Shown: positions 56,618 through 64,000 of the stretch, piece after piece
How the letters are laid out: every line of letters begins with the position of its first letter
How positions within the stretch are numbered: the first letter of the stretch is position 1
From: Nitrospirae bacterium MYbin3
GTDB lineage: Bacteria; Nitrospirota; Thermodesulfovibrionia; Thermodesulfovibrionales; Dissulfurispiraceae
NCBI GenBank assembly: GCA_002753335.1
Contig: PEAD01000004.1
Coordinates: 1 to 64,000 of the forward strand
Reading direction: 5' to 3'
DNA: 64,000 bases
Translations under genes and position numbers: made by a program
Notes under the pieces: generated by a model
Database searches by the model: none
Seen by the model: the letters and a program-made list of their open reading frames with translations, nothing else
Told to the model about the DNA's origin: nothing

Positions 56618-57051
56618 GGATTGACGGGGTAATTCTTACCCCCCTTAAGATTATTCCTCATCCTCAGGGAGATGTTCTGCATGCAATAAAGAGCAGCGAG
56701 CCTGGATTTGCTGGATTTGGAGAGGCCTACTTCTCGACGGTAAAGAACAGAGAGATAAAGGCCTGGAAGCGCCACAAACGTATGACGCTAAATCTCGTGG
56801 TTCCCTCAGGGTGTATAAAATTTGTTCTGTATGATGATCGCCGTAACAGCTCTACTTATGGGAATTTCTTCGAAGTGATTCTTTCAAAGCACAATTACAT
56901 GCGCTTGACCGTGCCGTCCGGTATCTGGAGTGGTTTTCAAGGTCTTGATACAAACCTCAACCTTCTTCTTAATATAGCTAATATAGAGCATGACCCTACT
57001 GAGGCAGATAGTGCAGCCATAGATGAAATAGCATATGACTGGGGTTTATAA
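56605..57051 (+). CDS. RmlC-like cupin NDP-4-keto-6-deoxyhexose 3(,5)-epimerase
   Basis: GFGEAYFS, KAWKRH, VLYDDR, VPSGIW.GF; follows rfbFG. Confidence 0.82.
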   Translation: MGGIRIDGVILTPLKIIPHPQGDVLHAIKSSEPGFAGFGEAYFSTVKNREIKAWKRHKRMTLNLVVPSGCIKFVLYDDRRNSSTYGNFFEVILSKHNYMRLTVPSGIWSGFQGLDTNLNLLLNIANIEHDPTEADSAAIDEIAYDWGL

Positions 57052-57987
57052 ATGAAACTGCTTATAACAGGTGGGTTTGGTTATCTGGGTTCATGGCTTA
57101 CCGATTATTTTTGCGATAAGCGGTATGATGTTTCTGTATTGTCGCATTCCTCCAGTGTGTCTTATGATCCAAGGGTTCAGTTGTTTCGAGCTAACTTAGA
57201 AGATGCGGGGGAGCTCGAATCTGTACTGAAACAGAAATTTGATTGCTGCATTCATGCCGGAAGCATTAATGACTCTTTTGTTTCGGATTATGCGAGAAAA
57301 GCGCTTCTTGTAAATGCGCTCGGAACAAGGAATATAATCGGGGCTCTTATAAAAAATGGCATACAAAGGTTTGTTTATCTGAGTACTTTTCATGTTTACG
57401 GAGCATCGGAAGGAGTGGTAAGTGAGAGTTCTCCTCTATTGCCGGTAAACGACTATGGAATAACGCATCTTTTTGGAGAATATTACGTTAAACAGTTTCA
57501 CAAAACACATGGACTGCCCTTCACTATTATAAGGCCGACAAACGGGTACGGAGCACCAAAACAGATTGGTTCTACAAAATGGTATCTGCTGCTTAATGAT
57601 CTGGTCAGGTCCGCTTTTGAGAAAGGGGTGATAGCTCTCAGCTCAAATGGCCGGGCATACAGGGATTTTATATGGCTGGGCGATATTTGCCGCATTGTCG
57701 ATGCCTTGCTTGTATCTTACAGGGCAGAGGGGGCTACCTATAACGTATCAACAGGCTGTTCGCATCGTTTAATAGATATAGCCGAAATTGTGAAGGAAGT
57801 GTATAGCGACCGATATAAAAAAGAGATTAATATTAGCACAAACAGCATGGACCAACGGGATTACTCGCCTATAACTGTCAGCAATGATTTGCTCATGGAA
57901 ACCGTCAAGTTTCAGTTTCAGGACAGGCTTAAAGATGAGGTCTGCAAGATATTTGATCTATTGGAGAAGGGGGTTGACAGGAAATGA
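57052..57987 (+). CDS. NAD-dependent epimerase/4-reductase (extended SDR)
   Basis: ITGGFGYLG, YLSTFHVYG, YGITH, RDFI. Confidence 0.8.
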   Translation: MKLLITGGFGYLGSWLTDYFCDKRYDVSVLSHSSSVSYDPRVQLFRANLEDAGELESVLKQKFDCCIHAGSINDSFVSDYARKALLVNALGTRNIIGALIKNGIQRFVYLSTFHVYGASEGVVSESSPLLPVNDYGITHLFGEYYVKQFHKTHGLPFTIIRPTNGYGAPKQIGSTKWYLLLNDLVRSAFEKGVIALSSNGRAYRDFIWLGDICRIVDALLVSYRAEGATYNVSTGCSHRLIDIAEIVKEVYSDRYKKEINISTNSMDQRDYSPITVSNDLLMETVKFQFQDRLKDEVCKIFDLLEKGVDRK

Positions 57988-58808
57988 AGCCTCTTGTTTC
58001 GATTGTCACCCCAATGTTCAACGCAGAGCCTTACATAGCCGAGACGATCGAGTCTGTACTATCGCAGACATATGAGAATTGGGAAATGATAATAGTTGAT
58101 AACTGTTCTTCCGATAAAAGTAGGAATATTGTCAGGGAATATGCTTCTAAAGATGACAGAATCAGACTGATTGAGTTGGAATTCAATTCGGGCGGCCCAG
58201 CTCGACCTCGTAATATTGGGTTGGGCAATGCACGTGGAGAATACATAGCATTTATAGACTCAGATGACTTATGGCTCAAAGAAAAAATTGAGAAGCAGAT
58301 AAATTTCATGACTAATAATGAAAATATACGTCTGCTCTACTCCCAAGCATTTATTATGCATGACGAGACAATAGTGAAAAGGAAAAAGCCGGAGAAATGG
58401 ACTTTTAAGCGTGGACAGTGCTTCAAAAGGCTTTTCTTATCAAACAATTTTATAATGTGCTGCACTGTTATGCTCAGATGGAAAGGGAGAGAAGACCATA
58501 TCTTTTTTGATGAATCTCCAGATCTTATAACAGTAGAGGATTTTGATTTTTGGCTCAGAGTAGCAAGGGAAGGAATGATTGATTTTCTGGAAGAGCCTTT
58601 TTCTATATATCGAATTCATATGTCAAATTTTTCGGCTAGCTCATTAATATTTCTCAAGAGAAATATTAGACTTATAAAAGCATGGAAAAATCGGGTAAGC
58701 AGGTGTCTTTTTGCTGAAAAATGTTGCCTGTTTGTATTGTATGCATGTTACTCGCTTCTTAAAAATTCACTCTTTGCGATACTCTCATTAAAAAAGACTT
58801 ATCGATAG
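57984..58808 (+). CDS. GT2 glycosyltransferase
   Basis: VSIVTP, SVLSQTY, GGPARPRN, FIDSDD, EDFDFW. Confidence 0.9.
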   Translation: MKPLVSIVTPMFNAEPYIAETIESVLSQTYENWEMIIVDNCSSDKSRNIVREYASKDDRIRLIELEFNSGGPARPRNIGLGNARGEYIAFIDSDDLWLKEKIEKQINFMTNNENIRLLYSQAFIMHDETIVKRKKPEKWTFKRGQCFKRLFLSNNFIMCCTVMLRWKGREDHIFFDESPDLITVEDFDFWLRVAREGMIDFLEEPFSIYRIHMSNFSASSLIFLKRNIRLIKAWKNRVSRCLFAEKCCLFVLYACYSLLKNSLFAILSLKKTYR

Positions 58809-58869
58809 AAAAATAGATCATTCGCATACCGGTTTTGTTGAACCTTGTACTGCTCGAGAGCCTGCCGAT

Positions 58870-60009
58870 ATGACACCACATAAGCCTAAAATACTTTATC
58901 TTGTAACTGAGGACTGGTATTTTTGTTCCCATAGGCTTTCTTTGGCTTGCTCGGCACGCGATGCAGGTTACGATGTTGTGGTTGCTACCCGTGTACGAAA
59001 TCATGCTGGACACATTACAGGTGAGGGGCTGAGACTCATTCCGATAGAGCTTAGCAGGCGCAGCAAGAATCCTTTCATGGAGCTGGGGTTTCTATTTGAT
59101 TTGATCTCTCTTTACCGTTCCGAGCGTCCTGACATAGTGCATCATGTGGCTTTGAAGCCTGTGATATACGGCTCTGTCGCAGCTAAGGTTGCAGGCGTGC
59201 CTTCTGTGGTCAACGCACTTACAGGCATGGGGTATGTGTTCACCTCGCGAGAATTGTTGGCAAAGGCGCTGCGTCCTTTGATCGAGACGATCTTCAGGTT
59301 TGTTCTTAATTTAGGAAACAGCCGTCTTATCATTCAGAATCCTGATGACATTGAAATGCTTGTTTCCGCGAACATTATAAAACCTGAGCGCGCGGTTTTG
59401 ATAAGAGGCTCGGGCGTTGATATCGAAAAATTCAGTTTTGAGCCGGAGCCTGCGGGGACGCCTCTTGTAGTTATGGTATCGCGTTTGCTATGGGATAAAG
59501 GAGTGAAAGAGTTTGTGGACGCGGCAGGACTTATAAAAGAAAACGAAACTGCTGCGCGTTTTGTTGTTGTCGGGGAGGCTGACTGCGAAAATCCGGCAGC
59601 TATCTCTCAGGGGCAGCTTGAAGAATGGCGCAAAAACAGTGCGGTTGAATTCTGGGGCCATAGTGATAATGTGGCCGGGATTTTGAAGCAAGCGCATATA
59701 GTCTGTCTCCCTTCCTATCGGGAAGGGCTGCCGAAGGTCTTGATAGAGGCGGCCGCCTGCGGAAGACCTATTGTGACTACCGATGTCCAGGGATGCCGTG
59801 AAGCTGTGCGTCATGGTGTAAACGGGTTGCTTGTTCCGGCACGGGATTTTAAAGCCCTGTCCAAAGCATTGGCACTTATTATTGCTGACAAGCAGCTTCG
59901 CTTGGATATGGGCGCTAAGGGCAGGGAGATGGCCGAATCCGAATTCTCTACAGGCAAAGTCGTAAAGGATACCCTGGCGGTTTATGATAATTTGCTTGCG
60001 AAGGCATGA
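58870..60009 (+). CDS. GT4 glycosyltransferase
   Basis: EDWYFCSHR, KPVIYG, GSGVD, RLLWDKG, PSYREGLPK.LIEAAACG. Confidence 0.92.
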   Translation: MTPHKPKILYLVTEDWYFCSHRLSLACSARDAGYDVVVATRVRNHAGHITGEGLRLIPIELSRRSKNPFMELGFLFDLISLYRSERPDIVHHVALKPVIYGSVAAKVAGVPSVVNALTGMGYVFTSRELLAKALRPLIETIFRFVLNLGNSRLIIQNPDDIEMLVSANIIKPERAVLIRGSGVDIEKFSFEPEPAGTPLVVMVSRLLWDKGVKEFVDAAGLIKENETAARFVVVGEADCENPAAISQGQLEEWRKNSAVEFWGHSDNVAGILKQAHIVCLPSYREGLPKVLIEAAACGRPIVTTDVQGCREAVRHGVNGLLVPARDFKALSKALALIIADKQLRLDMGAKGREMAESEFSTGKVVKDTLAVYDNLLAKA

Positions 60010-60957
60010 ATGAATATACTCGTTACTGGCGCTAACGGTTTTATAGGAAAAGCTTTATGCAAGAGCCTTTTAGATATGGATTTTGCTGTGCGCGGGGTTG
60101 TGCGAAGCGATGAAGCCGGTATTGTTGCAGGCGTCGAGCGTATAGTTGTCGGCGACATAGGCCCTCAAACCAACTGGGATTCCGTATTAAAGGGAGTGGA
60201 TACTGTAGTTCATCTTGCGGCCCGGGTTCATATTATGAAAGATAAAGCTGCTGATCCTCTGTCTGAGTTTATTGCTGTCAATGCAGCAGCCACAGAGCAG
60301 CTCGCACGCACTGCTGCATCAAAAGGTGTTCGGCGGCTGGTCTTTGCCAGCACTATAAAGGTCAACGGTGAATCTACAAAAGAACGGCCATTTAGAGAAT
60401 ACGATATGCCAAATCCCCAAGACTCGTATGCTGTTTCAAAAATGGAGGCTGAAAGAATCATAAATGAAGTTTCTAAAAATACAGGGCTCGAAACGGTTGT
60501 TTTAAGGCTGCCACTCGTTTACGGCCCTGGCGTCAAAGGAAATATGCTGAAACTTATGGAATACATACACAGAAAAATGCCGCTTCCATTTGGCTGCATC
60601 AAAAACAAGCGCAGTTTGATTGGGCTAGAAAATCTTACGCATGCCATAACTACCGCCTCAACGCATGCGGATGCTGCGGGCCATATGTTTTTGCTCAGCG
60701 ATGGCCAAGACATTTCCACCCTGGAGCTGATAAAAAGAATAGCCGATGCGATGGGCATAAAACCGCTGCTGATAAACATTCCTGAATCATTCTTCACTGC
60801 TATATCGGTCGCTATGCCGCCTTTGCGACCTGTGCTCGAAAGACTTACAGGTTCTTTAGCTGTTGACAGCTCAAAGTTTAGACGCATAATCGGATGGAAG
60901 CCCAAGTTGACGGTGGATGAGGGCATAAAAAGCATGGTGGCTGACTTTATTTCATAA
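60010..60957 (+). CDS. UDP-sugar 4-epimerase/4-reductase (WbpV-like SDR)
   Basis: VTGANGFIG, HLAARVH, IKVNGE, YAVSK, PLVYGPGVKGN. Confidence 0.85.
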   Translation: MNILVTGANGFIGKALCKSLLDMDFAVRGVVRSDEAGIVAGVERIVVGDIGPQTNWDSVLKGVDTVVHLAARVHIMKDKAADPLSEFIAVNAAATEQLARTAASKGVRRLVFASTIKVNGESTKERPFREYDMPNPQDSYAVSKMEAERIINEVSKNTGLETVVLRLPLVYGPGVKGNMLKLMEYIHRKMPLPFGCIKNKRSLIGLENLTHAITTASTHADAAGHMFLLSDGQDISTLELIKRIADAMGIKPLLINIPESFFTAISVAMPPLRPVLERLTGSLAVDSSKFRRIIGWKPKLTVDEGIKSMVADFIS

Positions 60958-60959
60958 AA

Positions 60960-61523
60960 ATGTTAAAACGCCTTTTCGATATCCTGCTCTCTTTTTCAAT
61001 AGGGTTAATGCTGCTGCCGGTTATGCTGATTACTGCCCTCGCGGTGAAGCTTACTTCAAAAGGTCCTGTGCTGTATTGGTCCGACAGGGTCGGCAGGTAC
61101 AACACAATCTTTAGGATGCCAAAATTCCGAACAATGAAAACCGACACGCCGGCGCTTCCCACCCATCTTTTTAAGGAAGCGGACAGCCACATCACTGCGA
61201 TAGGCGGCTTTCTGAGAAGATCGAGCCTCGATGAACTGCCTCAGCTCTATAGTATAATTAAGGGCGATATGAGTTTTGTCGGACCGAGGCCGGCGCTTTT
61301 TAATCAGGACGATTTAATAGAATTAAGGACACAGAAAGGCATACACCAGATTATCCCGGGGCTTACAGGATGGGCACAGGTTAACGGCCGTGATGAGCTG
61401 CCGATACCGGTTAAGGTTGAATTTGATGAATACTATCTTAAAAACAGGTCCTTGATGCTGGACCTAAGGATTATCTGGATGACATTTTTTAAAGTTGCAA
61501 AACAGGAGGGTATAGAACACTGA
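60960..61523 (+). CDS. Small monotopic polyprenyl-phosphate sugar-1-phosphate transferase (initiating PGT)
   Basis: KRLFD, KFRTM, LRRSSLDELPQL, GDMSFVGPRP, PGLTGWAQVNGR. Confidence 0.92.
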   Translation: MLKRLFDILLSFSIGLMLLPVMLITALAVKLTSKGPVLYWSDRVGRYNTIFRMPKFRTMKTDTPALPTHLFKEADSHITAIGGFLRRSSLDELPQLYSIIKGDMSFVGPRPALFNQDDLIELRTQKGIHQIIPGLTGWAQVNGRDELPIPVKVEFDEYYLKNRSLMLDLRIIWMTFFKVAKQEGIEH

Positions 61524-61525
61524 AG

Positions 61526-63442
61526 ATGAAAGGTTTTATTGAAGACCTGTTCAGTCCAACGCATATCAAGCGCACCTTGTTTTTTGTTTCGGTGGATTCT
61601 GTTATTATCGCTGTTTCTCTGTATCTCTGTTTTCTGCTTAGGTTTGAGTTCAATATCCCGGAGCATTACTTAGATGCGATGCTTGCATCGTTGCCATTTT
61701 TTATTGCGGTGAAGGTTGCGGCGCTTTTCTTTTTCAGACTCTACCGTATGACCTGGCGTTTTGTCAGTATTAATGAGCTTTTCAATATAATCAAAGGGTT
61801 GCTTATATCCGAGATGGTTCTTATGGTTCTCATCTTTATTCCACTTCCGCTGCAATTACCAGTATACCCTTTTGATGCATTGCCAATTAGCAGGTTCCCG
61901 AGAAGCATTTTTCTGATGGATAGCGCAATATCGCTTATTCTGATATCAGGATTAAGATTGTCAAAGAGGCTCTTCCTAGAGATAGTCTTAAAGCAAAACC
62001 AGAAAAGACAGGGCAGCAAAACTATAGTGGTGGGCGCGGGCCATACAGGAGAGATGATTCTTAGGGATATTCTGGGACGTGCTTCTTCCTCCCTGAACCC
62101 TATAGGGCTTCTTGATGATGATGCTAATAAAACAGGAACTTACATACACGGCGTGAGAGTCTTAAATACTATCGCAGGCCTTGAGTATGAGATTAGGAAA
62201 AATGATGTAGAAGTTGTGATAATCGCAATTCCTTCCCTAGATCACAAAAACATAAGACAAATATACGACTCTGCAAAGACCGCCGGTGCCGCAAGGATAA
62301 AGATCGTTCCCCGGATATATGATTTTCAAGGTTCTAAAGTCAATTTGCAGGATTTGGAGGACATAAGCATCGAGGACCTAATCGGCAGGCAGAAGATAAG
62401 CGTTGATTATCTTGAGATAGGAGAATTTCTAAAAAACAGAACAATACTTCTTACAGGCGCCGGAGGCTCTATAGGCTCCGAGATCGCCCTGCAGGTCAGC
62501 GGTTTCGAACCTAAAAAGATCATACTTTTCGATATTGATGAAACGGGTCTGCACAATATCGGGTTGAAGATCAAAAGGACCTTTCCGCAGATGATCGACA
62601 GTATCGTTTTTGTTGTTGGTGATATAAAGGAGAAAAGCAAGGTCAGAGAAGTTTTTGATTCTATGAAACCTGAGATTGTTTTCCATGCTGCTGCGTACAA
62701 GCATGTTCCTATGATGGAATACAACCCTGCTGAGGCGGTGAAGGTAAATGTTTTCGGCACTTTTAATCTGGCCGAAGCTGCTGCTATCTATGATGTGAAT
62801 AAATTTATCATGATATCAACAGACAAGGCGGTTAGGCCCACGAGCGTAATGGGAGCAACAAAAAAAGTGGCCGAATATATCTGCAATTCTTTCAACGGTT
62901 CTGGCAACACTAGTTTTGCTTCGGTGCGGTTTGGGAACGTACTGGGAAGCAGGGGAAGCGTGCTTCCGCTTTTTATGGAGCAGCTGAAGCATGGTGGTCC
63001 GCTTACAGTAACCCACAAAGAGATGCAGAGATATTTTATTACTATTCCCGAGGCTGTATCCCTTGTTTTGCAGGCGTCTGTTCTAGCTTCAGGAGGACAG
63101 GTGCTTGTGCTTGATATGGGGGAACCTGTAAAGATAGTAAGGCTTGCCGAAGAGTTGATAAGGATACACGGCCTTGAGCCTTACCGCGATATTGGGATAG
63201 AATTTGTGGGGATGAGGCCGGGTGAAAAGCTGTTCGAAGAGATTCTAACGGCTGAAGAGGGTACTGTCCCTGGCAAACATGAGAAGATTTTTGTGGCTAA
63301 CAGCAGCGACAGCCATTCTATTGATGAGATAAAGTTTGTTCTATCACAATTTGCTAATGTTCTTAATGCAGCTCCTGATGCTCGCGACTCGATGATAAGG
63401 GATTTGCTCAGGAAACATGTCAAGCATTTCGCGGATGTTTAA
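61526..63442 (+). CDS. Membrane-bound UDP-GlcNAc 4,6-dehydratase (CapD/WbpM/PglF family)
   Basis: N-terminal TM helices; TGAGGSIGSE, HAAAYKHVP, ISTDKAV.PT.VMGATK, VRFGNVLGSRGSV, RPGEKL.EE. Confidence 0.92.
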   Translation: MKGFIEDLFSPTHIKRTLFFVSVDSVIIAVSLYLCFLLRFEFNIPEHYLDAMLASLPFFIAVKVAALFFFRLYRMTWRFVSINELFNIIKGLLISEMVLMVLIFIPLPLQLPVYPFDALPISRFPRSIFLMDSAISLILISGLRLSKRLFLEIVLKQNQKRQGSKTIVVGAGHTGEMILRDILGRASSSLNPIGLLDDDANKTGTYIHGVRVLNTIAGLEYEIRKNDVEVVIIAIPSLDHKNIRQIYDSAKTAGAARIKIVPRIYDFQGSKVNLQDLEDISIEDLIGRQKISVDYLEIGEFLKNRTILLTGAGGSIGSEIALQVSGFEPKKIILFDIDETGLHNIGLKIKRTFPQMIDSIVFVVGDIKEKSKVREVFDSMKPEIVFHAAAYKHVPMMEYNPAEAVKVNVFGTFNLAEAAAIYDVNKFIMISTDKAVRPTSVMGATKKVAEYICNSFNGSGNTSFASVRFGNVLGSRGSVLPLFMEQLKHGGPLTVTHKEMQRYFITIPEAVSLVLQASVLASGGQVLVLDMGEPVKIVRLAEELIRIHGLEPYRDIGIEFVGMRPGEKLFEEILTAEEGTVPGKHEKIFVANSSDSHSIDEIKFVLSQFANVLNAAPDARDSMIRDLLRKHVKHFADV

Positions 63443-64000
63443 ACTGCAGGTTCTTCTTCTAGGATTTCTTGCAGGCCTTTAAAAACCGCCTCAACGCTTA
63501 CATCCCCCGCTTTTTTGCTTTTGTCCTGAAGTATAAGATGTCTTGTTCCCCACGGCCTCCACCTATCCTGCCTAGTTGATCCCCAAATAGTAACAATCGA
63601 TTTCCCGAGCGCCGCAGCTATATGCATAGCGCCTCCGTCACAGCAGACCACAAGATTGCTTGCGCTGAGCGCAGCTATTAATTCGCTCAGGTTTTTGGTC
63701 TTATAAGCGGTGGCTTTTGCCCCAAGTGCAGCAGTAAAAACCTCGGCCTTTTCATCGTCTCCGGGGTGGTATACATTGCTTTCGCTGCCTGGAGACCAGA
63801 GAAGAAGAATAGAGGCTTTCAGGTTTTTTGAGACAAGGTTCCCGAGCGCAATGAAATTTTCTATTGACCATCTATTGTCTTTTTTTCTGCTGCTTATGTG
63901 GAATGCTATAACAGGCCGCTTTACGCCTGATGCCGACAGAAAAGTTTCGACCTTTTTTCTTTCTTTATCCGAAGGATAAACTTTCATTGCAGGTGGCGAG
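63439..64000 (-). CDS. GT9 (LPS heptosyltransferase family) protein, 5' part outside the window
   Basis: RW...F..L, L.ELIAAL, CDGGAMHIAAALG...VTIWG, W.PW; frame open to the window edge. Confidence 0.82.
   Translation of the reverse strand, partial: SPPAMKVYPSDKERKKVETFLSASGVKRPVIAFHISSRKKDNRWSIENFIALGNLVSKNLKASILLLWSPGSESNVYHPGDDEKAEVFTAALGAKATAYKTKNLSELIAALSASNLVVCCDGGAMHIAAALGKSIVTIWGSTRQDRWRPWGTRHLILQDKSKKAGDVSVEAVFKGLQEILEEEPAV

Noticed and set aside
13530..63423. Many antisense ORFs of 60-235 aa within the glycan operon
   Set aside because: They lie opposite well-supported genes and have no recognisable motifs; treated as shadow ORFs.

Overview
The window has three parts. (1) 1-~4130 is the right end of an integrated filamentous (inovirus-like) prophage. 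It carries a Cys-rich protein, a pIII-like adsorption protein, a pVI-like protein and a pI/Zot-type assembly ATPase, then a hairpin-rich intergenic region and candidate integrase arm sites next to the 3' end of tRNA-Lys(CTT). (2) 4276-11762 is a minus-strand chromosomal block. In transcription order it holds tRNA-Leu(TAA), a small ORF, a PAS-GGDEF-EAL protein, tungstate ABC transporter tupABC, namZ and a MurU-AmgK fusion for MurNAc recycling. (3) 11865-63442 is one co-oriented surface-glycan locus of ~51.6 kb and 49 genes, headed by a MarR-type wHTH regulator and a NusG-paralogue antiterminator. It encodes a legionaminic-acid-type pathway, three NeuB-type synthases, five CMP-activating (NeuA/SpsF-like) domains and seven radical SAM enzymes (three B12-binding, four paralogous twitch/SPASM). 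It also has four class I methyltransferases (one MppJ-like), four orphan GT-B-like proteins with HP/S(S/T) motifs, a Maf-like protein, a single PglK/MsbA-type ABC flippase, a CDP-6-deoxyhexose pathway and an initiation module. A partial GT9 heptosyltransferase-family gene converges on the locus at the right edge. The host appears to be a Gram-negative bacterium, probably anaerobic or microaerobic (inference only). All functional calls come from motif recognition by eye; no database searches were run.
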